From: Chloroflexia bacterium
Lineage (GTDB): Bacteria; Chloroflexota; Chloroflexia; DTKN01
Direction: 5' to 3'
Assembly (NCBI GenBank): GCA_036172265.1
Contig: JASFBA010000007.1
Span: 2,077-66,076, forward strand
DNA: 64,000 nucleotides
The position numbers and the translations under genes are program-made. Below the pieces are notes generated by a model. It saw nothing but the letters and a program-made list of their open reading frames with translations, had not been told where the DNA came from and did not search any database. Below are positions 37,602 to 47,148 of the stretch, piece after piece; position 1 is the stretch's first letter; the number at the start of each line of letters is the position of its first letter.

Positions 37602-38549
37602 TTACACTCCACCGGCCTGGGGAGCCCGCCGGGAGAGACGCTGGATGAGGTAGTAGAGGAGGGCAAAGGTCACCCCCGCCACTATGGTTCCCTGGATGAG
37701 GCCGTACCAGGGGTTGAAGCCGCCGCCGGCCAGGCCGACGCGGGTGGTCGTGACCTCTTCCCAGAAGAAGAGGAAGAGGCCGTTCAAGAGTGCGGCCAAG
37801 GCCAAGCCCGACGGCATCCACCAGGCCGGTTCGTCCTCGAACTTGCAGCGGCCTAGGAAATAGCCCAGGAGGCCGCCGAAACTGGCCATGGCCAGGGCGC
37901 TTACGGCGATGCGGATGATGCCCACACTCAGGTCTACCCCACCGCTGCGGACGACGTACTCGATGTTGCCCATTGTGGCATAGCCCAGGGCAGCGGCGGT
38001 GCCGTAGAGGATGCCGTCCACCCGTTCATCGAATTCAGCGGAGGTGTAGACGCTATAGCGCACCGCTGCGTAGATGAGGAACTGGTTGACGAAGCCGGTA
38101 ACGAAGATGGCGCCCAGGAGGTGGTAGACGGCGCCGGCGGAGAACCAGGCCGGCACTCCGAAGACTTGCTCGATGAGTGGAAATCCCACCGCCCGGGCCA
38201 GGAGTGCTCCCAGGACGAAGACGGCCAGGACGAGCCCTTTGGGTTCGGGCTCACGGACGTCCTGGAGGTAGAAAAAGGCCAGCCAGAGCAAGGCCGGAAG
38301 AAGGGCCAATACAGCGCCCACCAGGATGAGGGCCGTGCCCTCCAGGTGTGGCCGGGTCTGGCTGAAAAGGAAGGAGATCAGGGCCACCACGGCCACCAGG
38401 ACGCCGATTCCAACGAGGCTGGCCCACCAGAGACTGCGCCGGTTGCGCACCGCCCGGGCGTAACAGTCGGCGCAGTAAGGCCGGCCGCCCATCTCCAGGG
38501 CTTCCCCCTTGATGGGCTTTTCGCAGACGCAACATTCGGTTCGCGCCAT
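37602..38549 (-). CDS. PrsW-family intramembrane protease homologue with N-terminal zinc finger
   Basis: REPEP, FDERVDGILYG..AALGYA; CCVC...YCADC N-terminus; catalytic residues substituted. Confidence 0.78.
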   Translation of the reverse strand: MARTECCVCEKPIKGEALEMGGRPYCADCYARAVRNRRSLWWASLVGIGVLVAVVALISFLFSQTRPHLEGTALILVGAVLALLPALLWLAFFYLQDVREPEPKGLVLAVFVLGALLARAVGFPLIEQVFGVPAWFSAGAVYHLLGAIFVTGFVNQFLIYAAVRYSVYTSAEFDERVDGILYGTAAALGYATMGNIEYVVRSGGVDLSVGIIRIAVSALAMASFGGLLGYFLGRCKFEDEPAWWMPSGLALAALLNGLFLFFWEEVTTTRVGLAGGGFNPWYGLIQGTIVAGVTFALLYYLIQRLSRRAPQAGGV

Positions 38550-38668
38550 AGGGGTTCCTCCTTGGGAAAGTTCAGGACCGGATGCCGGAAAATATGTCCG
38601 TAGCACCTCCTTTTGTATAGGATGGCTCCAAAGGACTGCTCAAAGCGGTCAGAACGCTTATCGGCCTC

Positions 38669-39130
38669 TTACAGTGTAACCCCTAGGACGAGCACCGGAA
38701 TATCTATGTCGGCGACTCCCCTTTTTTCCAGATCCCAAACGAACTGTTCAAAGTAGGATACTCCCGTCGACATCTCGTCGGCCAATTCTTTAACTGGAAC
38801 GATCTCAACGCCCACATCAATAACGTCCAACCGATGAAATATTGTCATCTTGGCACAGACGTTATACACCATAAACGCATATTTTCCAAACTGAATTTCT
38901 ACACCCACCCTGTTCTTCACAAAATCCATCTCGCGGAAGGCTTCTCGCGGGGATGGAGGGGGAGCATAGCCGCTGCAGTAGTATTGGGTCGAATATTCAC
39001 AATGGACTTTACGTTTTTCCCAACCCCGGGTTTCAAACGCCTTTCGAAAGACACGATTTATGGAGCGGGGATTATATAACATTCTCCCCCACATGGTCTT
39101 TTCCCGGCTGACTTTGGTCTTGTGGAGGTA
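38669..39130 (-). pseudogene. BglII/BstYI-family type II restriction endonuclease, probably 5'-truncated
   Basis: REMDFVK..VGVEIQFGKY, GVEIVP; similarity appears to extend upstream of the first ATG (HKTKVSREKT) with no start codon; lower GC; no adjacent methylase. Confidence 0.65.
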
Positions 39131-39146
39131 AATCCATATTTTCCCG

Positions 39147-40502
39147 TTACCGAACCCGCTCCAGGTCCGGATTCCCGCAGGGCCGGCGGCCCACCTTGGC
39201 CATATCCACCCATTCCCCGCGTACCTGCACCCGGACTACATCGGCGGTGAAGTCGGTGTTGGTGCCGCAGGTGGAGCAGTTGGAAAGGAGGGAGGAACCC
39301 ACACCGTAGATGTCGGCCGGGACACCCAGTTCCTCGAAGCGACGGATCTTCTCCGGGCCAAAACCACCGGAGACGACGATACGGATGTTGCGGCAGTAAT
39401 CGCGGGCGGCCTCGCGCCAGCGCTCGGGGATGTCCCAGTTTTCCCAGGCCCGGTTGAGGGCCTCGCGCACGATCCAGACCAGGCGGGGGTTGACCCCGCA
39501 GTCCAGCGTCCGGTCTCCCAGGGGCGGGACGGAGACGTCGCGCACGCTCTCGCTCGTGTCCAGGCGGATGCCGAAGAGGATGTAGCGGCGGGCTTCCTCG
39601 CCCAGTCCGGCTTCCAGGACTTCCCTATGCCGGATGAACATCACTCGGGCGGTGGCTAGAGAGTCAAAGACGGAGTCGTTGCGAAAGTCCACCAGGGCGA
39701 TGCGGGGGATATGGGGCGGAATGGTGGCCGCAAAGGCCAACATGGCCTCCGGTAGGTCACCGGTGAAGCAGGCGATGACGGCGTGGGGGACGGTCCCCCC
39801 GCCAGCCCCGCCCCACCAGTCGCCCTGGGCATCGGTGGAGACGAAGGGGGTGAGGCGTTGGCCATAGTCCAGGTTGAAGCGCTCCACGGCGATTTCGTAG
39901 GCGTAGCCGTCCATGGCCTGGACCTCATGGGCGTCGAAGCGGGCCGGGAAGAAGAGCACCGGCTTGCCCCGGGCGGCCACCAGGGTATGGTAGACGTTGG
40001 TGGCAATCCGGCTGCCCCGCGAGAGGGCCCCCAAGGTCGGCGTCTCCAGGAGGGCAAAGTCGCGGTAGCGCCCGCGCACCTTCAGTACCGGTCGCACGTC
40101 CATGGGGTCGCCCTGGTAGGGGACAATCACGCCGTCCTGGACGGCCTCGATTTCCAGGTGTTCGTAGGTGTTGACGAAGCGGCCCTGCTCGTCGAAGTAG
40201 CCGGTGCACTGGCGGAGCATGGAGAGGGCCTTGTCCACGCCGGCCACCAGGGCAAAGGGCCGGCGACGGGTGAACCACTGCATCTCCACCACCATATTGC
40301 CCACATCCAGGCCGGCCGGGTCAATCCCCCGTTTATGTAGTAGAGAATGCTCCCCCTTCAGCCGGTAGCCTTCCCGGGCCAGAGCAGCCAGCATCCGGCC
40401 GACGTTCTCAAAGTATTTGTCGGAATACCAGCCACGACGCATCCGTTCCACGTCGAGTTTAAAGACCTCGTCGGGCAGTCGTTTGCCGTTGAACAGGCTC
40501 AT
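39147..40502 (-). CDS. Nicotinate phosphoribosyltransferase
   Basis: YSDKYF, GTVPHA, LVDFRND, GIRLDTS, IVVSGGF, YGVGS; minus-strand promoter TTGACG-17-TAGACT at 40565-40537. Confidence 0.8.
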   Translation of the reverse strand: MSLFNGKRLPDEVFKLDVERMRRGWYSDKYFENVGRMLAALAREGYRLKGEHSLLHKRGIDPAGLDVGNMVVEMQWFTRRRPFALVAGVDKALSMLRQCTGYFDEQGRFVNTYEHLEIEAVQDGVIVPYQGDPMDVRPVLKVRGRYRDFALLETPTLGALSRGSRIATNVYHTLVAARGKPVLFFPARFDAHEVQAMDGYAYEIAVERFNLDYGQRLTPFVSTDAQGDWWGGAGGGTVPHAVIACFTGDLPEAMLAFAATIPPHIPRIALVDFRNDSVFDSLATARVMFIRHREVLEAGLGEEARRYILFGIRLDTSESVRDVSVPPLGDRTLDCGVNPRLVWIVREALNRAWENWDIPERWREAARDYCRNIRIVVSGGFGPEKIRRFEELGVPADIYGVGSSLLSNCSTCGTNTDFTADVVRVQVRGEWVDMAKVGRRPCGNPDLERVR

Positions 40503-40625
40503 CCTAGACCTCCGGGCTCTACATCTGACAAGAGGTAGTCTACAATGCAGCCATCCTTCCGTCAAGTTTGTATCAGGACCCACAAACTTCGCTTCGATCG
40601 GGCGTGTTCCAGATTTGACCCGCAC

Positions 40626-40666
40626 CCCTCACCCCCTAACCTCCTCTCCCTCTCCTGGTGAATGAG
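40626..40666. repeat. C-rich repeat (CCTCACCCCC...CCTCTCCC) resembling the IS110 target site
   Basis: CCCCTCACCCCCTAACCTCCTCTCCC resembles CCTCACCTCCTTGCCCCTTCTCCC at 2721-2744. Confidence 0.45.
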
Positions 40667-40745
40667 GCAAAACGTCGATTTGTTCCTCTTCGCCTCCCGT
40701 GCTATAATGGTTTTTACCCTCGTCGGTGCTGTCAGGAGGTCCTTG

Positions 40746-41699
40746 GTGGAACTATCCGAGGTACAGAAAGAAGCTGAAAAAATCATCGCCAATGTAGAAA
40801 AAGTTATCGTGGGCAAACGCCCGGTCATCGAACTGACCTTGATCGCCCTCCTATCGCAGGGGCACGTCCTCATCGAGGATGTCCCCGGTGTGGGCAAGAC
40901 GATGTTGGCCCGGGCCATCGCCCGTTCCATCGGCTGCACCTTCAAGCGAGTCCAATTCACCCCAGACCTCCTTCCCAGCGACGTGATCGGTGTCTCCATC
41001 TTCAACCAGAAGACACGCGAATTCGAGTTCCGGCCCGGCCCGATCATGGCGAACATCGTCCTTTCCGACGAGATCAACCGGGCTACCCCCAAGACACAGT
41101 CGGCTTTGCTCGAATCGATGGAGGAGCGGCAGGTCACCGTGGACGGGGTGACCTATCCTCTTCCCCGGCCGTTTATCGTCCTGGCCACCCAGAACCCCAT
41201 CGAGTACGAGGGGACTTTTCCCCTGCCCGAGGCCCAATTGGACCGCTTTCTTATGCGCATTTCCCTGGGCTATCCCAGCCTGCCGGACGAATTGGAGATT
41301 CTGGAACGCCAGCGGCTGCGTCATCCTATTGAGAGACTGGAACAGGTGACCTCCCTGGAAACGCTTGTTGCGATGCAGGAGGTCATCAAGGAGGTCTTCC
41401 TTTCCCCAGAGGTTCGGCACTATATCGTTTCCCTGGTCAAGGCCAGCCGGGAACAGGAGACGGTTTACCTGGGGGCCAGCCCGCGGGGATCCCTCTCCCT
41501 CTATCGTACCTGTCAGGCCCGGGCGGCCATCCAGGGGAGGGATTATGTCATACCAGACGATGTCAAGGCCCTGGCCAAGCCTACGCTGGCCCATCGTCTG
41601 ATCATCAGCCCCTCGGCGCGCATCCGGGGGGTAACCGGGACCATGGTAGTGGAGGAACTTTTGCGCACGGTACCGGTGCCGGGGGCCAGGCCGGTGTGA
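40746..41699 (+). CDS. MoxR family AAA+ ATPase
   Basis: [44 protein letters not shown]; promoter TTGTTC-17-TATAAT at 40680-40708. Confidence 0.92.
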   Translation: MELSEVQKEAEKIIANVEKVIVGKRPVIELTLIALLSQGHVLIEDVPGVGKTMLARAIARSIGCTFKRVQFTPDLLPSDVIGVSIFNQKTREFEFRPGPIMANIVLSDEINRATPKTQSALLESMEERQVTVDGVTYPLPRPFIVLATQNPIEYEGTFPLPEAQLDRFLMRISLGYPSLPDELEILERQRLRHPIERLEQVTSLETLVAMQEVIKEVFLSPEVRHYIVSLVKASREQETVYLGASPRGSLSLYRTCQARAAIQGRDYVIPDDVKALAKPTLAHRLIISPSARIRGVTGTMVVEELLRTVPVPGARPV

Positions 41700-41745
41700 A
41701 TTCCGTGGGCACATGCATCTGGTAGTATGCATATCGGGAGGAAAT

Positions 41746-42417
41746 ATGTTTGGCATCGACCTAGCGGAACTGATCGGCACGGTGGGCTTGACACTTGGCT
41801 ACCTTATCCTCTTTGCTATCATCTTTGCCGAGTCCGGGCTCTTCTTTGGATTTTTCTTTCCGGGCGATAGCCTTCTCCTCACGGCCGGCCTGTTGGCCTC
41901 CCGGAATGTCCTGAACGTCCTCATCCTCCTCCCCGGCCTTTTCGTTGCAGCCGTGGCCGGGGACACGGTGGGCTACTGGTTCGGGGCCAAGACCGGGCCG
42001 CTCCTCTTCAAGCGGGAGGAGTCGCTCTTTTTCAAGCCCCGTTACCTCCTGAAGGCTCAGGCTTTTTACGAAAAGCACGGCGGCAAGACGATCACGCTGG
42101 CCCGCTTCCTGCCGGTGATCCGCACTTTCGCCCCCATCGTTGCCGGGGCAGCCCGGATGAAGTATCGTCGTTTCCTGGCCTTTAACCTCCTCGGCGGCTT
42201 TCTCTGGGCCATCGGAGTCACTGCCCTGGGGTACGGCCTCGGCCGAGCCTTTGGCACGATCGAAGGGGTGGACCGGTATTTCACCCTGCTTGTGCTGGCC
42301 TTTTTCTTCATCCCCGGCCTGCCCACCCTGATTCACCTGTGGAAGGAGAACCGGGAGAAAGTCTTGGGTTGGCTGAAGAAGTGCGTGGGGCGAGGGCAGG
42401 CCTCGGAGGTGGAGTAA
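41746..42417 (+). CDS. DedA family membrane protein
   Basis: FAESGLFFGFFFPGDSLL, ARFLPVIRTF. Confidence 0.92.
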   Translation: MFGIDLAELIGTVGLTLGYLILFAIIFAESGLFFGFFFPGDSLLLTAGLLASRNVLNVLILLPGLFVAAVAGDTVGYWFGAKTGPLLFKREESLFFKPRYLLKAQAFYEKHGGKTITLARFLPVIRTFAPIVAGAARMKYRRFLAFNLLGGFLWAIGVTALGYGLGRAFGTIEGVDRYFTLLVLAFFFIPGLPTLIHLWKENREKVLGWLKKCVGRGQASEVE

Positions 42418-42455
42418 GGGGCAGGGCTTGGACCCGGATCCCTAATCCAGAGCAA

Positions 42456-44150
42456 ATGGTCGAGATGGCAAGCACGCCCGACGTATCTCAAGAAGACGTG
42501 GCTGCTCTGCGGCGAAGGTTGGAGATCCTCCATCGCGCCGACCTGATCCTGAGCCGGGCCGAAGATGGCCGTTTCCTGCAACGGGAATTCCTGGCGCTGA
42601 TGATGGAGGCAGCCCAGGTCAGATCGGGAACGCTGTACCTTCTGGATGCCGAGCGGAACGAACTGGTCTTTGCCGTGGTGCGGGGGCCGGCCGGCGTAGC
42701 CCAAGCATTGGAAGGCCGCCGGATGCCGGCCGACTGGGGAATCGCCGGCCGCTGTGCCCAACAGGGCCGGCCGATCTGGGTGCCGGCCGTGGAACAAAGC
42801 CGCGATTGGGCCCGCGACCTGGCCGAGCGCAGCGGCTACTGCCCGAAAAACGTCCTTTGCCTGCCGCTCAAGGCTCAGGAACGCGTCATCGGCGTCGTGC
42901 AACTTTTCGACCGCCCGGCAGATCATCCTTTCAATCCGGCCGACCTCGATTTCCTGAGCATCTTGGTCAACGACCTGGCGCTGAAACTGGAGAATGCCCG
43001 TCTCCTTGGCACTTCCCGAGAGATGGTGGAACGGTTGCGGGCCCTGCTGGATGTGGGGGTGGAGTTGGGGAGCGCCTTGGATCGAGAACGCCTCCTTGTC
43101 CTGATTCTGGAACGGGTCTGCCAGTTGCTTCAGACCGAGGCCGCCTCCATCTTTGAACTGGACGAAGCCTCTGGGGATCTGGTTCTGTGTGCGACCACCC
43201 GGCCGGCGCCAGTGGAAGCAGGGGAGATTCGGGTGCCGCTGGGCCAGGGCATTGCCGGTTGGGTAGCCAGGGAAGGACGGACCGAAGTAGTGCCGGATGT
43301 GAACCGGGACCCGCGTTTCTATGCTCTGGTGGGTGAAAAGACCGGCTTTGTCACCCGTTCTATCCTCTGCACCCCTCTGGGCATCCAGGAACAGGTGCCC
43401 GGCCAAGAAGGGGTTTTCCGCCGGCGGGTTATCGGCGTTGCCCAGGCGCTCAACAAACGCGGAGGGGACTTTACCCGTTCCGACATCGAGATCTTCGAGG
43501 GCCTGGCCCGCCAGGCGGCCATCGCGATGGAACGGGTGCGCCTCTACCGGGAGATCAACGAACTTTTTTCCAGCGCGATTGTAGCCCTGGCCGAGGCGAT
43601 GGAGGCCAAGGACCCCTATACCCGCGGCCATACCCGCCGGGTGACCGACTTTAGCGTGGCCATCGCCGAGGAACTTGGGCTGTCTCCGGAGAAAGTCCTC
43701 CAGGTGCGTACCGCCGCCATGTTGCACGACATCGGCAAGATCGGCATGCCCGATGCCATCCTGCAGAAACCCGGCCGGGTGGATGAGATCGAGCGGAAGG
43801 TGATCCAACGTCATCCTCAGGAGGGAGAGCGCATCCTGCGGCCGTTGCAACACCTGCACGAAATCATTCCTGGGGTGGCCGAACACCACGAGCGCTACGA
43901 CGGCACAGGCTATCCGCGGAGGTTGCGAGGCGAGGAAATCTCCCTGTACGGCCGCATCATCGCCGTGGCCGACGTCTTCGATGCCTTGACCTCGGAGCGG
44001 TGTTACCGGGGGGCTTTGCCGGTAGATGTGGCTCTGGAGGAGATGCGGACCCAGGCCGGCCGGGCCTTTGACCCACGGGTGCTGGAGGCGTTCTTGCGGG
44101 CCTGGGAAAAGGGGCGTATCGTCCTGCCGGAGAGGCCCCAAGCCTCATGA
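42456..44150 (+). CDS. GAF-GAF-HD-GYP cyclic-dinucleotide phosphodiesterase
   Basis: KDPYTRGH, LHDIGK, HHERYDGTGYP, VADVFDA; two GAF domains. Confidence 0.9.
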   Translation: MVEMASTPDVSQEDVAALRRRLEILHRADLILSRAEDGRFLQREFLALMMEAAQVRSGTLYLLDAERNELVFAVVRGPAGVAQALEGRRMPADWGIAGRCAQQGRPIWVPAVEQSRDWARDLAERSGYCPKNVLCLPLKAQERVIGVVQLFDRPADHPFNPADLDFLSILVNDLALKLENARLLGTSREMVERLRALLDVGVELGSALDRERLLVLILERVCQLLQTEAASIFELDEASGDLVLCATTRPAPVEAGEIRVPLGQGIAGWVAREGRTEVVPDVNRDPRFYALVGEKTGFVTRSILCTPLGIQEQVPGQEGVFRRRVIGVAQALNKRGGDFTRSDIEIFEGLARQAAIAMERVRLYREINELFSSAIVALAEAMEAKDPYTRGHTRRVTDFSVAIAEELGLSPEKVLQVRTAAMLHDIGKIGMPDAILQKPGRVDEIERKVIQRHPQEGERILRPLQHLHEIIPGVAEHHERYDGTGYPRRLRGEEISLYGRIIAVADVFDALTSERCYRGALPVDVALEEMRTQAGRAFDPRVLEAFLRAWEKGRIVLPERPQAS

Positions 44151-45076
44151 GAGGAAAGATGCACCTCTCGGTCGTCGTCCTCCTCGGCCCCACCGGTGTT
44201 GGGAAAACCCCCCTGGCCGTAGAACTGGCGCAGGCTCTGGGGGGAGAGATCGTCTCGGCCGATTCGCGCCAGGTCTACCGAGGAATGGACATCGGCACGG
44301 CCAAGCCCACGCCGGCCCAGCGAGCGGCTGTCCCCCACCACCTCCTGGACATGGTGGACCCCGATGCCATATTTACCTTGGCCGACTTCTGCGAACAAGC
44401 CAGAGCCGCCATTGAGGACATCGCCGGCCGGGGCCGGTTGCCTTTCCTGGTGGGCGGCACCGGACAGTACCTGGCGGCCATGCTGGAGGGGTGGAAGGTG
44501 CCCCGCATCCCCCCCCAGCCGGAGTTGCGGGCCCGTCTGCGCCGGGAAGCCCAGGAAAAGGGCGTGGAGACCCTCTATCGGCGGCTGCAGGAGGTGGACC
44601 CGGAGGCGGCGGCGCATATTCTGCCCGGCAACCTGCGCCGTATCATCCGAGCCTTGGAGGTCTATGAGGTGACGGGGGTGCCCTTTTCCCGGCAGCGGGG
44701 ACGGGAAAAGCCGCCCTATAACTACCTGGTGCTGGGGCTGACGATGGAGCGGCCGGCCCTTTACGAACGGGTAGACCGGCGGGCGGAGGACATGGTTCGG
44801 CAGGGCCTGGTGGAGGAGGTGCAATCTTTGCTCGCTCGGGGCTATGGCTGGGACCTGCCCTCGATGTCGGGCCTGGGCTATATCCAATTTCGGCCGTACC
44901 TGGAGGGACGGTACTCCCTGGAAGAGGCGCTGGCCCGGCTGAAGTACGATACCCATGCCTTCATCCGCCACCAGTATACCTGGTTCCGTCGCCTGCCGGT
45001 GCAACGCTGGTTCGATGCCGGCCGAACGGCCGAGTGGGGATCTGTCCTTCCCTTCCTTCGCGCCCGAATCCGCTGA
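44147..45076 (+). CDS. miaA: tRNA dimethylallyltransferase
   Basis: GPTGVGKT, SADSRQVYRGMDIGTAKP, VGGTGQY, Q.TWF. Confidence 0.95.
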   Translation: MRGKMHLSVVVLLGPTGVGKTPLAVELAQALGGEIVSADSRQVYRGMDIGTAKPTPAQRAAVPHHLLDMVDPDAIFTLADFCEQARAAIEDIAGRGRLPFLVGGTGQYLAAMLEGWKVPRIPPQPELRARLRREAQEKGVETLYRRLQEVDPEAAAHILPGNLRRIIRALEVYEVTGVPFSRQRGREKPPYNYLVLGLTMERPALYERVDRRAEDMVRQGLVEEVQSLLARGYGWDLPSMSGLGYIQFRPYLEGRYSLEEALARLKYDTHAFIRHQYTWFRRLPVQRWFDAGRTAEWGSVLPFLRARIR

Positions 45077-45103
45077 TGGCCCTTTTCGCCCTTGGAGGTA
45101 CTG

Positions 45104-45907
45104 ATGCGCTTTGCCCTCTCCTCCGGTTCGCTCCATACCTACGGCCTGGACCGTTTCTTCCAACTGGCCGCTGAGGCCGGCTTCGACGGCGTGGAGGTGC
45201 TCATAGACGCCCGCTTCGACACCCGCCACCCGGCCTACCTCCGCCGCCTGATGGAGCGCTACAACCTGCCCATCCTCAGTCTCCACGCTCCCTTTCGCCC
45301 CGAACGACTGGAGGGCTGGCCACAAGCCCCTTCGCGGAGCATCGCTGCCGCCGCCGAGGTGGCGAGACTGGTAGAAGCCGGGATCGTCGTCGCCCACCTG
45401 CCGTTTTGGACCGACCGGGGGTACGCACGCTGGCTTCTCCACGACCTGGTCGCCTGGCAAAAGGGAAACCCCAATCCCCTGATTGCCCTGGAAAATATGC
45501 CGCTGAAGCGCTTTCGCTGGTGGCCCTTTCCGCTGGACACCTGGCGGCTCAACCGGCTGGAGGAATGGACCGCCTTCCCCCATCTTTGCCTGGATACTAC
45601 TCACCTGGCGACTAAGGGGCTGGAGGCGCTTGCGGTCTATGAGCGATGGCGGGAGAAGGTAATCCATATCCATCTTTCCAACGCCCGGCGGAAAGGGCGG
45701 CACATCCAGGAGCATCGCCGTCTGGAGGATGGATATCTGGACCTGGGAAAGTTTCTGAGCCGGCTGGCCGAGGATGGCTATCCGGGCATCGTGGTCGTGG
45801 AACTCCAGCCGCAGGTGCTGGAAGCCGAGGACGAAGGACGGGTGCGCACCTATTTGCATCGGCAATTGGCCTTTTGCCGGAAACACACGGGGCGCAAAGG
45901 GGCGTGA
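45104..45907 (+). CDS. Sugar phosphate isomerase/epimerase (AP-endonuclease-2 TIM barrel)
   Basis: AGFDGVE, LENMP, LDTTH, HIHLSN, VVEL. Confidence 0.8.
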   Translation: MRFALSSGSLHTYGLDRFFQLAAEAGFDGVEVLIDARFDTRHPAYLRRLMERYNLPILSLHAPFRPERLEGWPQAPSRSIAAAAEVARLVEAGIVVAHLPFWTDRGYARWLLHDLVAWQKGNPNPLIALENMPLKRFRWWPFPLDTWRLNRLEEWTAFPHLCLDTTHLATKGLEALAVYERWREKVIHIHLSNARRKGRHIQEHRRLEDGYLDLGKFLSRLAEDGYPGIVVVELQPQVLEAEDEGRVRTYLHRQLAFCRKHTGRKGA

Positions 45908-45951
45908 GGATGGCCCAAGCAGTCGGATGTCCGGCGAAGGAGGAATAAGCA

Positions 45952-47127
45952 GTGCCCGGCCGTATCCGGTGGTTGCTCTGGCTTTATTGCATCCTTCTCC
46001 TGGCGATCTGTCTATCTATCTGGATTTCTCTGGGTCCTGAACTGGCAACTTTTCGGACGTTCGCCTGGGATTTTTTCATCTTGTATACAGGGGGACGGAT
46101 GGTACTCGAAGGACAAGGGGAGTCCTTGTACGACCTGCCCATCCAGTTGGAGTATCAGCAAAGGCTGATCGCTCCTCGTCGTGTGGCAACCGGTAGTCTG
46201 CCCTTCTTTTATCCCCCGACCATTCTGCCCTTCCTCCTCCCTTTTTCTCTAGGGTCCCTTTCCCTGGGCTATGTCCTCTGGCTGCTTTTTTGCCTCCTTC
46301 TGGTCGCTGCCTTTGTCTTCCTTGTTTGGCGTCACCTGGGAATCGGCCGGGAGTACCGGGGAACTTTTCTCCTGGTGCTTTTGGCCTTTTATCCCCTTTC
46401 GAACCACCTAATTCAGGGCCAGACCAGCCTTTTGCTCCTGCTGGGATTCACCTTGGCCTTCTTGTTCCTCCGAAAAGGGCACGATCTGGGGGCGGGCCTG
46501 CTCCTATCCCTGGGTTCGATAAAACCGCAGATGATCCTGCCCTTCCTTCTGGTCCTCCTGGGGAAACGGCGCTGGCGGGCGCTGGTCGGTTTTCTTCTGG
46601 GTGTTGGTCTGCTCCTGGGTTCGCTCCTTCCCTTCCTGGGAGTATCCGTTCTGGAGGACTATGCCCTCCTGACCTTCCATCTCTTGGGCGTCCAGGACGA
46701 ATACGGTCTGTTCCCCGGGTCTATGAACAACTGGCGGGCTCTTTCCTATCGCCTCCTTGGGTTCGGCTTGGCCGGCAATGGGCTCTGGATCGGCCTTTCT
46801 CTCCTTTCCTTGGGCCTTCTGGCTTGGATATGGCGTTACCCTTGGGCCGATCATCCTCGCCGCTTTTCCTTGCAGTTCGCTACTACCATCCTGTTGACGA
46901 CCCTCCTCAGTCCCCATCTTTATCTTCACGACCTGGTGCTCTGGCTTCTGGTCGGTGCGTTCCTCGTCGGGAAAGGTTCCCTTTGGCGCTGGTGGTTTTT
47001 TCTACCCCTGGGCAGCACCGCCTCCCTGCTTGGCCATCTCTGGCCTTGGGCCTTTGGTCCCCCGACCGTTCTGTTCGGCACCATAACCGTCGTCTTTCTC
47101 GTGAAAGAAATGTGGGAAATGCCTTGA
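45952..47127 (+). CDS. Glycosyltransferase family 87 (GT-C)
   Basis: DFFILYTGG, FFYPP, GQ, IKPQ, SPHLYLHD; highly hydrophobic. Confidence 0.82.
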   Translation: MPGRIRWLLWLYCILLLAICLSIWISLGPELATFRTFAWDFFILYTGGRMVLEGQGESLYDLPIQLEYQQRLIAPRRVATGSLPFFYPPTILPFLLPFSLGSLSLGYVLWLLFCLLLVAAFVFLVWRHLGIGREYRGTFLLVLLAFYPLSNHLIQGQTSLLLLLGFTLAFLFLRKGHDLGAGLLLSLGSIKPQMILPFLLVLLGKRRWRALVGFLLGVGLLLGSLLPFLGVSVLEDYALLTFHLLGVQDEYGLFPGSMNNWRALSYRLLGFGLAGNGLWIGLSLLSLGLLAWIWRYPWADHPRRFSLQFATTILLTTLLSPHLYLHDLVLWLLVGAFLVGKGSLWRWWFFLPLGSTASLLGHLWPWAFGPPTVLFGTITVVFLVKEMWEMP

Positions 47128-47148
47128 CCCTATGGAGAGGAGGAAAGT

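Noticed and set aside
40746-41699. MoxR and the VIT-vWA protein (6668-8956) as one system
   Set aside because: They lie 32 kb apart and the vWA protein is exported; nothing in the sequence links them
42333-45886. 602-aa and 627-aa minus-strand ORFs
   Set aside because: Shadows of the HD-GYP, miaA and epimerase genes
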